From an uncultured Desulfosarcina sp. (GTDB lineage: Bacteria; Desulfobacterota; Desulfobacteria; Desulfobacterales; Desulfosarcinaceae), in NCBI GenBank assembly GCA_963674945.2, contig CAXXWQ010000002.1:576001-640000 (forward strand): a DNA stretch of 64,000 bases, given 5' to 3'. Position 1 is the stretch's first letter. The number at the start of each line of letters is the position of its first letter. The position numbers and the translations under genes were made by a program. The notes under the pieces are model-generated. The model worked only from the letters and a program-made list of their open reading frames with translations. It was not told where the DNA came from and made no database searches. Shown here piece by piece: positions 8,840-19,780 of this stretch.

Positions 8840-10575
8840 AAACCACGACAACATCAACACGAACACGCCTGCGCGCCGGCATTGTCGGCGTATTTTTCAT
8901 TGTTGCCCTTTTGGTTATCACCGCCCAGGCCGTTCGCCTTCACGTATTCGAGGGTGCCTGGCTTTCCGAGCGGGCCGCCAGGGAGTATGAGTGCGATACG
9001 GTGATTCAGGGGAAACGGGGGGCCATTACCGATCGGAACGAAAGTCCCCTGGCCATGAGCATCGACAGTACCTCGATTATCGCCAATCCCAGACAGATCG
9101 CCGATCGTTCTGCCGCGGCCAAGGCACTGGCCCGGGCGATGGACACAAAACGCAACGAGATTTACAAAAAATTGGACCCAAAACGCGGTTTCGTATGGCT
9201 GAATCGCCAGGCTACCCCCAGTCAGGTGGAAGCGGTACGTTCGCTGGAACTCGCCGGGGTGTCCTTCATCACGGAGCATAGTCGCCACTATCCCAGCAAG
9301 ACACTGGCCTCCCAGCTCGTTGGATTTTCCGGCATCGATGGACAGGGGCTGGAGGGCCTTGAGTTTTACTTCAACGATCAGCTTACGGGAAAAAAGCATC
9401 AGATCACCGTGCGTAGGGATGCGTTGGGCCGTCGGTTGGAAGGCGCCGACGTGCCGGCCAATCTGGCCGGCGGCAACAACGTCGTGCTGACCATCGATCA
9501 GACGGTTCAGCACATCGCACAAAAGGCGCTTGCGGCCGCCGTTAACGAGTATGTGGCCCAGTCGGGCATGGCCATCGTCATGGCGCCGTCTACAGGCGAA
9601 GTACTTGCCATGGCCCACTATCCCTTTTTCAACCCCAACCGGTATGGGGATTTTAAAAGGGAATATTGGCGGAATCGTTCGGTTACCGACTCCTTTGAAC
9701 CCGGATCCACCATGAAGATGTTCAGTGCCGCCGCTGCCATCGACAGCGGCATCTGTTCCCCGTCCACCATCTTCTTCTGCGAAAACGGGGAGTACCGTAT
9801 CGGCAGGAACACCATCCACGACACGAAGTCCCACGGTTGGCTCTCCTTGCAGCAGATCGTCAAGTACTCGAGCAATATCGGGGCGGTGAAGATGGCAGAG
9901 AAGTTGGGTGCGAGAGTGCTTCACGATTATCTGTGCGGCTTCGGTTTCGGCCAGCGCACCGGTATCACCTGTCCCGGAGAGACCACCGGCAGCCTGAGCG
10001 GTTTCAAGAGATGGTCCGCCATCGATGCGGGGGCCATCTCCTTTGGGCAGGGAATTTCCGTATCCGCCATCCAGTTGATCACGGCGGCTTCGGCCATCGC
10101 CAATGACGGAATTCTCATGAAACCACTTTTGGTCAAGGCCATCACAGACGGAAACGGGCACGTCGTCCAGCAATTCCATCCGGAAGAGGTACGGCGGGTG
10201 ATCGATGCCAAAACGGCCGCCACCGTCCGGCGAATTTTAAAGACCGTCATCACCGAGGGGGGAACGGGTGTAAACGCGGCTCTTGCCGGATATGCCGTGT
10301 GCGGAAAGACGGGGACGGCCCAGAAGATCGACGAGAGCGGTACCTACGCCAAAAATCGCTACCTCTCCTCTTTTTTGGGATTCGCGCCGGCCGAGCGTCC
10401 GGAACTGGCCATCCTGGTAATCGTCGATGAACCGAAGGTCCAGACTTACGGCGGCATCGTCGCCGCACCCGCGTTTCGTCAGATCGCGTTGGAGACCTTG
10501 ACCTTTCTCAACATTCCACCGGGAAACGAAGCGGATCGACTGCGGGTATCCCGGGGAGATCGGGCCAACGGATGA
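8836..10575 (+). CDS. ftsI: Septal peptidoglycan transpeptidase PBP3
   Basis: RGAITDRN, GLEGLE, FEPGSTMK (SxxK), SSN, GKTGTAQK; start ATG 8836 overlaps the ftsL stop. Confidence 0.95.
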   Translation: MKTTTTSTRTRLRAGIVGVFFIVALLVITAQAVRLHVFEGAWLSERAAREYECDTVIQGKRGAITDRNESPLAMSIDSTSIIANPRQIADRSAAAKALARAMDTKRNEIYKKLDPKRGFVWLNRQATPSQVEAVRSLELAGVSFITEHSRHYPSKTLASQLVGFSGIDGQGLEGLEFYFNDQLTGKKHQITVRRDALGRRLEGADVPANLAGGNNVVLTIDQTVQHIAQKALAAAVNEYVAQSGMAIVMAPSTGEVLAMAHYPFFNPNRYGDFKREYWRNRSVTDSFEPGSTMKMFSAAAAIDSGICSPSTIFFCENGEYRIGRNTIHDTKSHGWLSLQQIVKYSSNIGAVKMAEKLGARVLHDYLCGFGFGQRTGITCPGETTGSLSGFKRWSAIDAGAISFGQGISVSAIQLITAASAIANDGILMKPLLVKAITDGNGHVVQQFHPEEVRRVIDAKTAATVRRILKTVITEGGTGVNAALAGYAVCGKTGTAQKIDESGTYAKNRYLSSFLGFAPAERPELAILVIVDEPKVQTYGGIVAAPAFRQIALETLTFLNIPPGNEADRLRVSRGDRANG

Positions 10576-12116
10576 AACTATCCACCCTCACCCAGTCTTT
10601 GGACCGCGAGCCTGCCCATGGTTTCCCATCGTCCGTGGATCCGGAGGTGACGACCATTTGTTACGATTCCCGAAAGGCAGTACCGGGCGCCGTGTTCGTG
10701 GCCGTGGAGGGTGGGGTGACAGACGGTCACCGGTTCGTTGACGAGGCCGTGAGAAAAGGAGCCGTTGCCGTAGTATGCAGACGGCCCGTTTCCGTCGATG
10801 TACAGGTGATTCGCGTTCCTGACCCGCGGGCGGCCCTTGCGAAAATGGCATGCCGTTTTTTCGGCCATCCGGCCCGGCGGATGACCATGGTGGGCGTGAC
10901 GGGAACCAATGGCAAGACCACCGTCACCTACCTTATGGAAGAGATCCTGAAAAAAGCCGGATATCTTCCCGGTATCGTGGGAACGATCAATTGCCGGTAT
11001 GACGGCAAGGTGGCCGACAATCCGGTGACGACGCCGGAATCGGTGGATCTGCAGGGGATATTGAAGGAAATGGCCGATGGTGGCGTGACCCATGTGGTCA
11101 TGGAGGTTTCGTCCCATGCCCTGGATCAGTCCCGGGTGGATGGTGTCGACTATGACCTGGCCGTGTTCACCAATTTTACCCAGGATCACCTGGACTACCA
11201 CAAAGAGATGGATCGATACTGGACCTGTAAGAAAAGGCTCTTCTTCGAACATCTCAAGCCGATGACACCGGACAACCCACTTCGGGTGGTGGCAAATGTC
11301 GATGATCCCAAGGGTGCCGAATTGGCGGATATCTTCGGTCCCCTGCTCCTCAAAACATCGAGACGGGGAAACGCGGATGTCTACCCCATCGTGAGACAGC
11401 TGGATCATTCGGGGATTTTTGGCCGGATCGTCACGCCGGAGGGAGAGATCCCCCTGGCTTCGAAACTTGTGGGGGCGTTCAATCTGGAGAATATCCTCTG
11501 CGCCGCCGGCAGTGCCCTGGCCCTGGGGGTCTCGCCGGTTCACATCCAAGCCGGCATCTCGGCAGTGGCCTGTGTCCCCGGCCGCCTGGAATCCATCGTC
11601 GTGGATGACCGACCTGCGGTTTTCGTGGATTATGCCCATACGCCCGATGCCCTGGAGAATGCCTTGTCGACGCTACGGGAGCTGACAACCGGTCGATTGA
11701 TTACCGTTTTCGGCTGCGGCGGCGACCGGGACGAAAAGAAGCGTCCTCTCATGGGTGAAATCGCCGGCCGCATCAGCGACCTGGCGGTGATCACCTCGGA
11801 CAATCCGCGGTCGGAAAACCCGAAGGCCATCATCGAACAGGTGGAGGCGGGGGTTCGGCGGGCGTCCCCGAACCGCCTTCGTGCCGACGCGCTTCACAAT
11901 GGCTGGAAGGGAAAAGGATATCTGTCCGAGCCGGACCGGATGAAAGCCATCGAAACGGCTATCGGCGCGGCATCGGCAAAGGATATTGTTCTCATCGCCG
12001 GCAAGGGGCATGAAACCTATCAGATCCTGGGAAGCAAAACCATTCACTTCGACGATCGGGAGGCGGCCCGAAAAGTACTTTCTGCCGTGACATCGACAAA
12101 AAGGGGGGCGTCATGA
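10572..12116 (+). CDS. murE: UDP-MurNAc-dipeptide:meso-DAP ligase
   Basis: GVTGTNGKTT, MEVSSHAL, DHLDYH, VDYAHTPDAL, FGCGGDRD, DNPR, AGKGHE. Confidence 0.97.
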   Translation: MKLSTLTQSLDREPAHGFPSSVDPEVTTICYDSRKAVPGAVFVAVEGGVTDGHRFVDEAVRKGAVAVVCRRPVSVDVQVIRVPDPRAALAKMACRFFGHPARRMTMVGVTGTNGKTTVTYLMEEILKKAGYLPGIVGTINCRYDGKVADNPVTTPESVDLQGILKEMADGGVTHVVMEVSSHALDQSRVDGVDYDLAVFTNFTQDHLDYHKEMDRYWTCKKRLFFEHLKPMTPDNPLRVVANVDDPKGAELADIFGPLLLKTSRRGNADVYPIVRQLDHSGIFGRIVTPEGEIPLASKLVGAFNLENILCAAGSALALGVSPVHIQAGISAVACVPGRLESIVVDDRPAVFVDYAHTPDALENALSTLRELTTGRLITVFGCGGDRDEKKRPLMGEIAGRISDLAVITSDNPRSENPKAIIEQVEAGVRRASPNRLRADALHNGWKGKGYLSEPDRMKAIETAIGAASAKDIVLIAGKGHETYQILGSKTIHFDDREAARKVLSAVTSTKRGAS

Positions 12117-13540
12117 CGCCGTACCCCTGGACCGTGGACGACATCCTGTCCGCCACCGGCGGAACGCTGGTGTCGGGATCGGCGGATGCGTCGTTTGCCG
12201 GCATCGGCATCGATTCGCGAACGATCCTGCCCAGCCAGTTGTTCGTGGCCGTCACCGGCGAGGTGCACGATGGACACCGGTTCATCGAAGATGCGATCGA
12301 CGGTGGCGTCACGGGTGTATTGGCGGCCGATGCCAAATTGAGCGGCCTGCCTGTGGATCGAATGCGCAGCCAGGGTGTCGCATGCGTTTCGGTTCCGGAT
12401 ACGACGGTGGCCCTTGGAGAAATGGCCCGATTCAACCGAAACCGGAGAGACCTCAAGGTCGTGGCCATTACCGGTTCCAACGGGAAGACATCGACCCGGA
12501 AATTTACGGAGAAGGTGATGGCAACCCGTTTTTCCGTATTGGGCACCCGGGGCAACCTGAACAATCACATCGGTCTGCCCCTTACGCTTTTCGGCCTCTC
12601 TTCCGATCATCAGGCCGCCGTACTGGAATTGGGAATGAATCACCCGAAAGAGATCGACTACTTAGGTCGCATCTGCCAGCCGGATGTGGGGGTGATCACC
12701 AACGTCGGGCCGGCGCACCTGGAGGGACTGGGCACCATGGAGAACATTGCCATGGCAAAAGGAGAACTCTTACACACCATCCGTTCCGGTGGAACGGCCA
12801 TTCTCAACGGTGACGATGTCCGCGTGGCAAAGCTGGCCGATGCCGTGGACCAGCGGATTATCTTCTTCGGAACCGATCCAGCGGCACAGGTTCGGGCCAT
12901 TGACATCCGTTCGAATCGCAGCGAAACGGCTTTCACATTGGTTACACCATCGGGAAGTACACCCGTCACCCTTTCCACGCCGGCGCGGGTGATGGTGGCC
13001 AATGCGCTGGCGGCGGCGGCGGTCGGCGAGGCGATGGGGATCCCTGTGGAAAAAATCAAGGCGGGCCTGGAAGCATTTTCTCCCGGAGAAGGGCGCATGG
13101 GAATCGGCCAGCCGGGAAAAGGCGTCCTTCTCGTGGACGATACCTACAACGCCAACCCGGGCTCCATGGCGGCGGCCATCGAAACCCTGTCTGCCATCGG
13201 CGAAGATCGGCGCACCATCGCCGTACTCGGGGATATGCTGGAACTGGGGGAGAAATCGGCATCTCTTCACGAAGAGATCGGCCGAAAGGTCGGTGCGTTT
13301 CAAATCGACAGGCTCTTTGTTGCCGGCGGATTTGCCAGTGCCGTTGCAAAGGGCGCCATGGACGAAAAGATGGCACAGGATTGCATCGTTACCGGCGATA
13401 AGCAGCAGATCGTCTTTCACTTGATTCGGCAGCTTCGCCCCGGGGATTGTATCTTGGTCAAGGGTTCCCGGGGCATGGGCATGGAGACGGTGGTGCAGGA
13501 CATAGAAAAATGGGCAAAAGAGGCGGACAATGAATCGTAG
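12113..13540 (+). CDS. murF: UDP-MurNAc-tripeptide:D-Ala-D-Ala ligase
   Basis: ITGSNGKTST, NNHIGLPLT, ELGMNH, DTYNANP, LGDMLELG, VKGSRG. Confidence 0.97.
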   Translation: MTPYPWTVDDILSATGGTLVSGSADASFAGIGIDSRTILPSQLFVAVTGEVHDGHRFIEDAIDGGVTGVLAADAKLSGLPVDRMRSQGVACVSVPDTTVALGEMARFNRNRRDLKVVAITGSNGKTSTRKFTEKVMATRFSVLGTRGNLNNHIGLPLTLFGLSSDHQAAVLELGMNHPKEIDYLGRICQPDVGVITNVGPAHLEGLGTMENIAMAKGELLHTIRSGGTAILNGDDVRVAKLADAVDQRIIFFGTDPAAQVRAIDIRSNRSETAFTLVTPSGSTPVTLSTPARVMVANALAAAAVGEAMGIPVEKIKAGLEAFSPGEGRMGIGQPGKGVLLVDDTYNANPGSMAAAIETLSAIGEDRRTIAVLGDMLELGEKSASLHEEIGRKVGAFQIDRLFVAGGFASAVAKGAMDEKMAQDCIVTGDKQQIVFHLIRQLRPGDCILVKGSRGMGMETVVQDIEKWAKEADNES

Positions 13541-13568
13541 AAGATTTGCGTTCTCATAAGATGAAAGA

Positions 13569-13691
13569 AGAATTCAGGAGTCAGGAGCCAGAATAAAAAA
13601 GGATTTCGCTTCACTCCGACGATTCTAAAAAAGGAACATCGCCGAAGGCATTTCCTTCTTCTGAATTCTAAATTCTGGCTCCTGGATTCTG
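13569..13691 (-). repeat. Empty heptamer inverted-repeat element, reverse orientation, between murF and mraY
   Basis: AGAATTC AGGAGTC AGGAGCC AGAAT ... TTCGCTTCACTCC ... GCCGAAGGC ... TTCTGAA TTCTAAA TTCTGGC TCCTGGA TTCTG. Confidence 0.85.
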
Positions 13692-13726
13692 TAAAAAATT
13701 TTAACAGGCAGTAAAGATATCATCAG

Positions 13727-14806
13727 ATGATCTACCACCTCCTATACCCGCTGCATACGGTTTTTGCGGCCTTCAATGTTTTTCGGTACATCACTTTCCG
13801 GACCATTTATGCCGGCCTGACGGCATTTCTCATCTGCTTCTTTCTGGGACCCTGGATGATACGCAAGCTGACCATGATGCAGGTGGGACAGTATATCCGG
13901 GAAGATGGACCCAAAGATCACCAGAAGAAGGCGGGAACACCCACCATGGGCGGTGTATTGATCATCTTCGCAGTGGTCGGTGCCGCCTTGCTGTGGGCGG
14001 ACCTGACCAATCGTTTCGTGTGGATTGCTCTTTTGTCCACCTTCGGGTTCGGTCTCATCGGTTTCGCAGACGACTACCTGATGCAGGTGAAAAAGCGCAA
14101 TCTGGGGCTGACCGTCCGGCAAAAGCTGGCATTCCAGTTCGGCCTGGCGTTGATCGTGGGACTGTTGGCCTATTTGGTGCCTGAGTTCTCAACCAAGCTG
14201 AGTGTACCTTTTTTCAAGAATTTTCAACCCGATCCGGGTTGGGGGTATATCTTTTTCGCGGCTTTCGTCATCGTCGGGGCATCCAATGCCGTGAACCTGA
14301 CCGACGGCCTGGACGGCCTTGCCATCGGGCCGGTAACCATCGCCGCGGCCACCTATATGATATTTGCCTATGTGGCCGGACACGCCAATATTGCGGAGTA
14401 TCTTCAGATCACGCCGGTGTCCGGTTGCGGTGAAATCACCGTCTTCTGCGGTGCCGTGGCAGGCGCCGGTCTGGGATTCTTGTGGTTCAATGCCTACCCG
14501 GCCCAGGTGTTCATGGGGGACGTGGGGTCTTTGTCCATGGGGGCCACCTTGGGCACCGTGGCCGTCATTACGAAGCAGGAGATTTTGCTGGTGTTGGTGG
14601 GGGGCCTGTTTGTCATCGAGGCACTGTCCGTCATTTTTCAGGTGGGATTTTTCAAGGTGACCAAGGGGCGACGAATTTTTCGCATGGCGCCTCTCCATCA
14701 CCATTTCGAACTCAAAGGGTGGCCGGAACCCAAAGTGATCGTCCGGTTCTGGATTATCGCCATCGCCCTGGCATTGATCTCCATGAGTACATTGAAGATG
14801 AGATAG
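13727..14806 (+). CDS. mraY: Phospho-MurNAc-pentapeptide transferase
   Basis: [41 protein letters not shown]. Confidence 0.98.
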   Translation: MIYHLLYPLHTVFAAFNVFRYITFRTIYAGLTAFLICFFLGPWMIRKLTMMQVGQYIREDGPKDHQKKAGTPTMGGVLIIFAVVGAALLWADLTNRFVWIALLSTFGFGLIGFADDYLMQVKKRNLGLTVRQKLAFQFGLALIVGLLAYLVPEFSTKLSVPFFKNFQPDPGWGYIFFAAFVIVGASNAVNLTDGLDGLAIGPVTIAAATYMIFAYVAGHANIAEYLQITPVSGCGEITVFCGAVAGAGLGFLWFNAYPAQVFMGDVGSLSMGATLGTVAVITKQEILLVLVGGLFVIEALSVIFQVGFFKVTKGRRIFRMAPLHHHFELKGWPEPKVIVRFWIIAIALALISMSTLKMR

Positions 14807-14810
14807 TACG

Positions 14811-16172
14811 ATGGATCTTGGCAGCAAACATATCGTGGTGGTGGGGCTGGGACGCTCTGGTGTGGCGGCTGCCCGTTTCCTCGCAAACCGGGGTGCCCGG
14901 GTAACGGTCACGGACAGGGCTCCTGAAAGTGACCTGAAGGACGCCGTCGCGGCCCTCGCGGATCTGCCGGTCCGGATGACGCTGGGACGGCACGATGCCG
15001 GGGATTTTGCGACCGCCGACATGGTGGTGTTAAGTCCCGGGGTTCCCCATACCCTGCCCATGCTTGAGCCGGCCTGGGCCAACGGCATTCCCGTAATCGG
15101 TGAGATGGAACTGGCCGCAGCCTTTATCGAGGAACCGATCCTGGCCATCACCGGCACCAACGGGAAGACCACGACGACGACCCTGGTGGGTGAGATGCTG
15201 AAAAAAAGCGGCAAACGGGTATTCGTGGGGGGAAACATCGGAACGCCGCTTATCGGATATGCGGATGGCGGGCACACCCGGGCGGACGTATTGGTGGTCG
15301 AGACCAGCAGTTTTCAATTGGACACCATCGCCGAATTTCGACCGGATACGGCGGTGATGCTCAATATCACCGACGATCACCTGGACCGCTATCCCGGTTT
15401 TTCCGCCTACGCCCAGTCCAAGTGGCGCATCTTCGAAAATCAGCAATCGGGTGATATCGCCATCATAAACGCCATGGATACTGCTGCGAAAGCCATGATG
15501 GAAAAGTATCCGCCACGGGCACGAAAGCGTGTCTATTCGGACCGGGCCGTGGCGGACGGTGCCCAGATTATAGGAGACGAAATCCGGATTTTCGAAGACG
15601 GTCGGGAAACCGGTCGCTTCTCACTGAAAAAAACCATCTGTGCCGAACCCCACAACCGAGAGAACATGGCTGCGGCATGCCTGGCCGCCCTGTCCCACGG
15701 TGCACCCTATGAGGCGGTCCAGCAGACCATCGACGATTTCAAGGGGCTGGCCCATCGCATGGAACCGGCGGGAACGATCAGGGGCGTTTATTTCGTGAAT
15801 GATTCCAAAGCCACCAACGTGGACGCGGTAAAACGGGCCCTGGCCAGTTTTTCCACCCCGGTGGTGTTGATCATGGGCGGTCAGAACAAAAAAGGGGACT
15901 TTACCGGGTTGAAATCGGCGGTACGAGAAAAGGTGCGGACACTGGTGGCCATGGGGCAGGCCAAAGACGAGATCGTCACCGCCCTGGCCGGTGATCCGGA
16001 AAATAACGTTATCGAGGCAGACTCCATGGAGGAAGCGGTCGAAGCGGCATTGGATGCTGCATTGCCGGGTGATACCGTACTGCTCTCCCCGGCCTGTGCC
16101 AGTTTCGATATGTTCGACAGTTATGTGCACCGGGGCAACCGATTTCGGGAAATCGTTAAAGGTCTGACATGA
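14811..16172 (+). CDS. murD: UDP-MurNAc-L-Ala:D-Glu ligase
   Basis: GLGRSG, LSPGVP, ITGTNGKTTTT, GGNIG, SSFQL, DHLDRY, NDSKATN, SPACASFD. Confidence 0.97.
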   Translation: MDLGSKHIVVVGLGRSGVAAARFLANRGARVTVTDRAPESDLKDAVAALADLPVRMTLGRHDAGDFATADMVVLSPGVPHTLPMLEPAWANGIPVIGEMELAAAFIEEPILAITGTNGKTTTTTLVGEMLKKSGKRVFVGGNIGTPLIGYADGGHTRADVLVVETSSFQLDTIAEFRPDTAVMLNITDDHLDRYPGFSAYAQSKWRIFENQQSGDIAIINAMDTAAKAMMEKYPPRARKRVYSDRAVADGAQIIGDEIRIFEDGRETGRFSLKKTICAEPHNRENMAAACLAALSHGAPYEAVQQTIDDFKGLAHRMEPAGTIRGVYFVNDSKATNVDAVKRALASFSTPVVLIMGGQNKKGDFTGLKSAVREKVRTLVAMGQAKDEIVTALAGDPENNVIEADSMEEAVEAALDAALPGDTVLLSPACASFDMFDSYVHRGNRFREIVKGLT

Positions 16173-17308
16173 TTCGTTCTTCGAAAAAAGAAACGAAAAA
16201 AAAGGAGAAGAAACCGGTCGCTTACGACCTCGGTCTCCTGTTTCCCGTTTTGCTTCTGGTGGGTATGGGAATCGTCATGGTCTACAGTGCCAGCTCCGCT
16301 CTCGCCCTGAAAAAGTTTGGCAGTGACTACTATTTTCTGGAGAAACAGGCCTTCTTCTCCCTTATCGGCATCGTGGTGCTGGTGGCCTTCCGATACATCC
16401 CTTTTGGGCTTTACCGGTCCCTGGTCTATCCGGTAATGATTACGGCCCTTGCCATGCTGGCCCTGGTGGCCTTTACCAATTTGGGAGCAAGTGCCGGCGG
16501 TGCCTCCCGATGGTTGAAGATCGGACCGATCCGGTTTCAACCCTCTGAGTTGGCACGCCTGGCACTGGTCATCTACCTGGCCTACTCCATGAGTAAAAAG
16601 GACGAGCAGGTACGGGATTTTTATGTGGGATTCCTGCCCCATTTTCTGGTGCTGGGTCTTTTTGTCTGTCTCTTGATGGCCCAGCCCGATTTCGGATCCG
16701 TCGTCATCTTTTCCGCCTTGACCTGGATCATGCTTTTCGTTGGTGGTTGCCGCATCTCTCACCTTCTTGGTGTCTTCGTCGTACTCACGCCATTTGCCTG
16801 TTTGGTCATGTACCAGGCCGAGTACCGTGTGAAGCGATGGATGAGTTTTCTGGATCCCTGGCAGTACTCGGCCAATGAAGGATACCAGATCGTTCACTCC
16901 CTTATGGCGTTCGGTACCGGAGGCGTCACGGGTGCGGGTCTGGGTATGGGATACCAGAAGTTGTTTTATCTTCCCGAGCCCCATACGGATTTCATCTTCT
17001 CCGTCGTTGGGGAAGAGCTGGGACTCATCGGCGTCATGGTGGTCATTGTGCTGTACACCATCATGCTCATGCGTGGCATCCGGATTGCCCGCAATGCCCG
17101 TGATCCCTTCGGCGCTTATCTGGCAATGGGAATTTCGGTGATGCTGGGACTTCAGGTGTGTATCAACATGGGCGTCGCCTTGGGGCTCTTGCCCACCAAA
17201 GGGTTGACGTTGCCTTTTCTCAGCTATGGCGGAACGAGTCTGTTGATGAACATGGCCGCCGTGGGGATCATGATGAACATCGGAGCACGGGATGCACGAT
17301 ACGGATAA
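16169..17308 (+). CDS. ftsW: SEDS peptidoglycan glycosyltransferase FtsW
   Basis: MVYSAS, GASRW, FQPSE, QPDFG, LPEPHTDFIF, PTKGLTLPFLSYGG. Confidence 0.97.
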   Translation: MIRSSKKETKKKEKKPVAYDLGLLFPVLLLVGMGIVMVYSASSALALKKFGSDYYFLEKQAFFSLIGIVVLVAFRYIPFGLYRSLVYPVMITALAMLALVAFTNLGASAGGASRWLKIGPIRFQPSELARLALVIYLAYSMSKKDEQVRDFYVGFLPHFLVLGLFVCLLMAQPDFGSVVIFSALTWIMLFVGGCRISHLLGVFVVLTPFACLVMYQAEYRVKRWMSFLDPWQYSANEGYQIVHSLMAFGTGGVTGAGLGMGYQKLFYLPEPHTDFIFSVVGEELGLIGVMVVIVLYTIMLMRGIRIARNARDPFGAYLAMGISVMLGLQVCINMGVALGLLPTKGLTLPFLSYGGTSLLMNMAAVGIMMNIGARDARYG

Positions 17309-18422
17309 AGCACAAAAGGGCAGTTGGCCACCCCTTTCCGTGGTTATCGCCGGTGGCGGCACCGGTGGTCATCTGTTTCCCGGCATTGCCGTGGCCAACG
17401 CCTTCGTCGCGAGAAATCCGAAGAGCCGCATTCTCTTCGTGGGATCCGGGCGTCCACTGGAAAAGGAGGCCCTGCAGCGTGCCGGGTTCGAGAGACGTAC
17501 CATCCATGTGGAAGGGATCAAGGGACGCGGTATAATGGCGAAGTGTCGCGCCTTTTGTAAAATCCCCGGTTCTTTGGTGCGATCTGCCGGCATCTTGTCC
17601 GATGTGCGGGCGCAAATCGTGGTAGCGGTGGGCGGATATGCGGCGGGGCCGGTTGCCCTTGCCGCGTGGATCAGGAGGATCCCCCTGGTTGTATGTGAGC
17701 AGAACACGGTGCCCGGTATTACCAATCGACTGCTCTTTCCGCTGGCTCGTCGGGTCTATGTCAGTTTTGAAGATACGACCGGGCGGATCAATCCGGATAA
17801 AATCCGTTTTTCCGGCAATCCGGTCCGGCGGCAAATCTTGAAACTGCGGGAAACGGAACCGGAAAAAAGAGAAACGTTTACCGTGATGATCGTGGGGGGA
17901 AGCCAGGGTGCCCACGCCATCAATCTGGCCGTCATGGATGCGCTCTCGCATTTTGCCGCGCCCAGCCGTCTGTTTTTCATCCACCAGACCGGAGCGGCGG
18001 ATCAGGACGCGGTGGCCCGTGCCTATGCCGATGCGGGCATCGATGCCGAGGTTCAGGCGTTCTTTCACGACATGGCATCCCGATACAAGCAGGCCGATCT
18101 CGTGGTCTGCCGTGCCGGCGCTACCACGGTGGCCGAACTGACGGTGCTGGGAAAAGCGGCGCTGTTTGTTCCCTTCCCCCATGCCGCCGACGATCACCAG
18201 GTGGTAAACGCCCGCGCCGTGGTGGATCGTGGCGCGGCCTTGATGATACAGCAGCGGGATCTGACCGGAGCAGGGCTGGCCGAAACCATCGAGCGGCTTT
18301 CCGGGCATCCGGAGCTTCTTTTGAAGATGGCGGCCCGATCCCGGCAGTTGGGAAAACCCGAAGCGGCACAGTTCATCGTGGATGATTGCTATCAGTTGGT
18401 TAAAGGCGAATCATGTATCTGA
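17292..18422 (+). CDS. murG: Lipid II GlcNAc transferase
   Basis: GGGTGGHLFP, GGY, EQN, GNPVR, GGSQGA, RAGATTVAE, DDHQ. Confidence 0.97.
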   Translation: MHDTDKAQKGSWPPLSVVIAGGGTGGHLFPGIAVANAFVARNPKSRILFVGSGRPLEKEALQRAGFERRTIHVEGIKGRGIMAKCRAFCKIPGSLVRSAGILSDVRAQIVVAVGGYAAGPVALAAWIRRIPLVVCEQNTVPGITNRLLFPLARRVYVSFEDTTGRINPDKIRFSGNPVRRQILKLRETEPEKRETFTVMIVGGSQGAHAINLAVMDALSHFAAPSRLFFIHQTGAADQDAVARAYADAGIDAEVQAFFHDMASRYKQADLVVCRAGATTVAELTVLGKAALFVPFPHAADDHQVVNARAVVDRGAALMIQQRDLTGAGLAETIERLSGHPELLLKMAARSRQLGKPEAAQFIVDDCYQLVKGESCI

Positions 18423-19780
18423 AGAAATACCATATTCACTTCGTCGGGATCGGCGGTATCGGCATGAGCGGCATCGCCGAACTTTTGCTGAACCTGGGGT
18501 ACCGGGTCTCCGGATCCGACCTGAGGGCCTCGGAGATCACGGCCAATCTGGCGCGTCTCGGCGGAAGCATCCACGTCGGCCATCGGGCCGAGCAGATCCA
18601 GGGGGCGGATGTGGTGGTGGTTTCTTCCGCCATCGATCCGGCGAATCCGGAGGTCGTCGCCGCAGGTCAATCCGCCATACCGGTGATTCCCAGGGCCGAG
18701 ATGCTGGCCGAACTGATGCGGCTGAAGTACTCCGTTGCCATTGCCGGCGCCCATGGAAAGACCTCCACCACTTCCCTGGTGGCCAATGTTCTCGCCGGCG
18801 GCGGCCTGGATCCGACGGTGGTGATCGGTGGCAAACTGAAAGGCGTCGGTCGTAATGCGGTGTTGGGAAAAGGAGACTTCATCGTGGCCGAGGCGGACGA
18901 GAGTGATGGCTCTTTCCTGAAATTCTCTCCTGCCATTGCCGTCGTGACCAATCTCGACCGTGAGCACCTGGACTTCTACAAAGACCTGGATGCCATCAAA
19001 AAGGCGTTTCTCGATTTTATCGATCGCATTCCCTTTTACGGCCTGGCGGTACTCTGCCTGGACAACGCACCGCTGCAGAGTATTTTGCCCCATATCAAAA
19101 AGCGGTTTACCACCTATGGCCTCAGCGCACAGGCCGACTACCAGGCGCGGGAGATCGTTTTCGGGGAGATGAAAAGCCGGTTTTCCGTCGTCCATCGCGA
19201 TGCCGGTCTCGGCGAATTTCAGCTGGCCATGCCGGGGATGCACAATGTGACCAATGCCCTTGCCGCCATTGCCGTGGGGTGTGAGCTGGACATCCCACTG
19301 GATACCATCAAGCGGTCCCTTGCCGAAGCCGTCGGCGTGCAACGCAGACTGGAGATCAAAGGGGAGGCGGGCGGCGTGACGGTGGTGGATGACTACGGGC
19401 ACCATCCCACGGAGATTCAGGTGACACTTTTGGCCGTGAAGAGCAATTGGCCGGATCGCCGGAAGGTGGTGGTTTTCCAGCCCCATCGCTATACGCGGAC
19501 CCAGGCCCTGCTCACGGATTTTACCCGGTCGTTTAACGACAGTGATATTTTGATCCTGCTTCCCATTTACGCGGCAAGCGAGTCTCCCATCGATGGTGTG
19601 GATGCGGTGCTGTTGCAAGAGGGGATACGGGCCCACGGCCACCGGAACGTCACCTGTGTCGAGGGAATCGCGTCCTGTGTGGACCATCTTACGAAGATTC
19701 TCACACCCGGCGACCTGTTGTTGACCTTGGGCGCCGGTGATGTCTATCGGGTGGGAGAATTGATGTTGGAACAGCTGTGA
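18413..19780 (+). CDS. murC: UDP-MurNAc:L-Ala ligase
   Basis: HFVGIGGIGMSGIA, GAHGKTSTT, EADESDGSF, DDYGHHPTE, FQPHRYTRT. Confidence 0.98.
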   Translation: MYLKKYHIHFVGIGGIGMSGIAELLLNLGYRVSGSDLRASEITANLARLGGSIHVGHRAEQIQGADVVVVSSAIDPANPEVVAAGQSAIPVIPRAEMLAELMRLKYSVAIAGAHGKTSTTSLVANVLAGGGLDPTVVIGGKLKGVGRNAVLGKGDFIVAEADESDGSFLKFSPAIAVVTNLDREHLDFYKDLDAIKKAFLDFIDRIPFYGLAVLCLDNAPLQSILPHIKKRFTTYGLSAQADYQAREIVFGEMKSRFSVVHRDAGLGEFQLAMPGMHNVTNALAAIAVGCELDIPLDTIKRSLAEAVGVQRRLEIKGEAGGVTVVDDYGHHPTEIQVTLLAVKSNWPDRRKVVVFQPHRYTRTQALLTDFTRSFNDSDILILLPIYAASESPIDGVDAVLLQEGIRAHGHRNVTCVEGIASCVDHLTKILTPGDLLLTLGAGDVYRVGELMLEQL

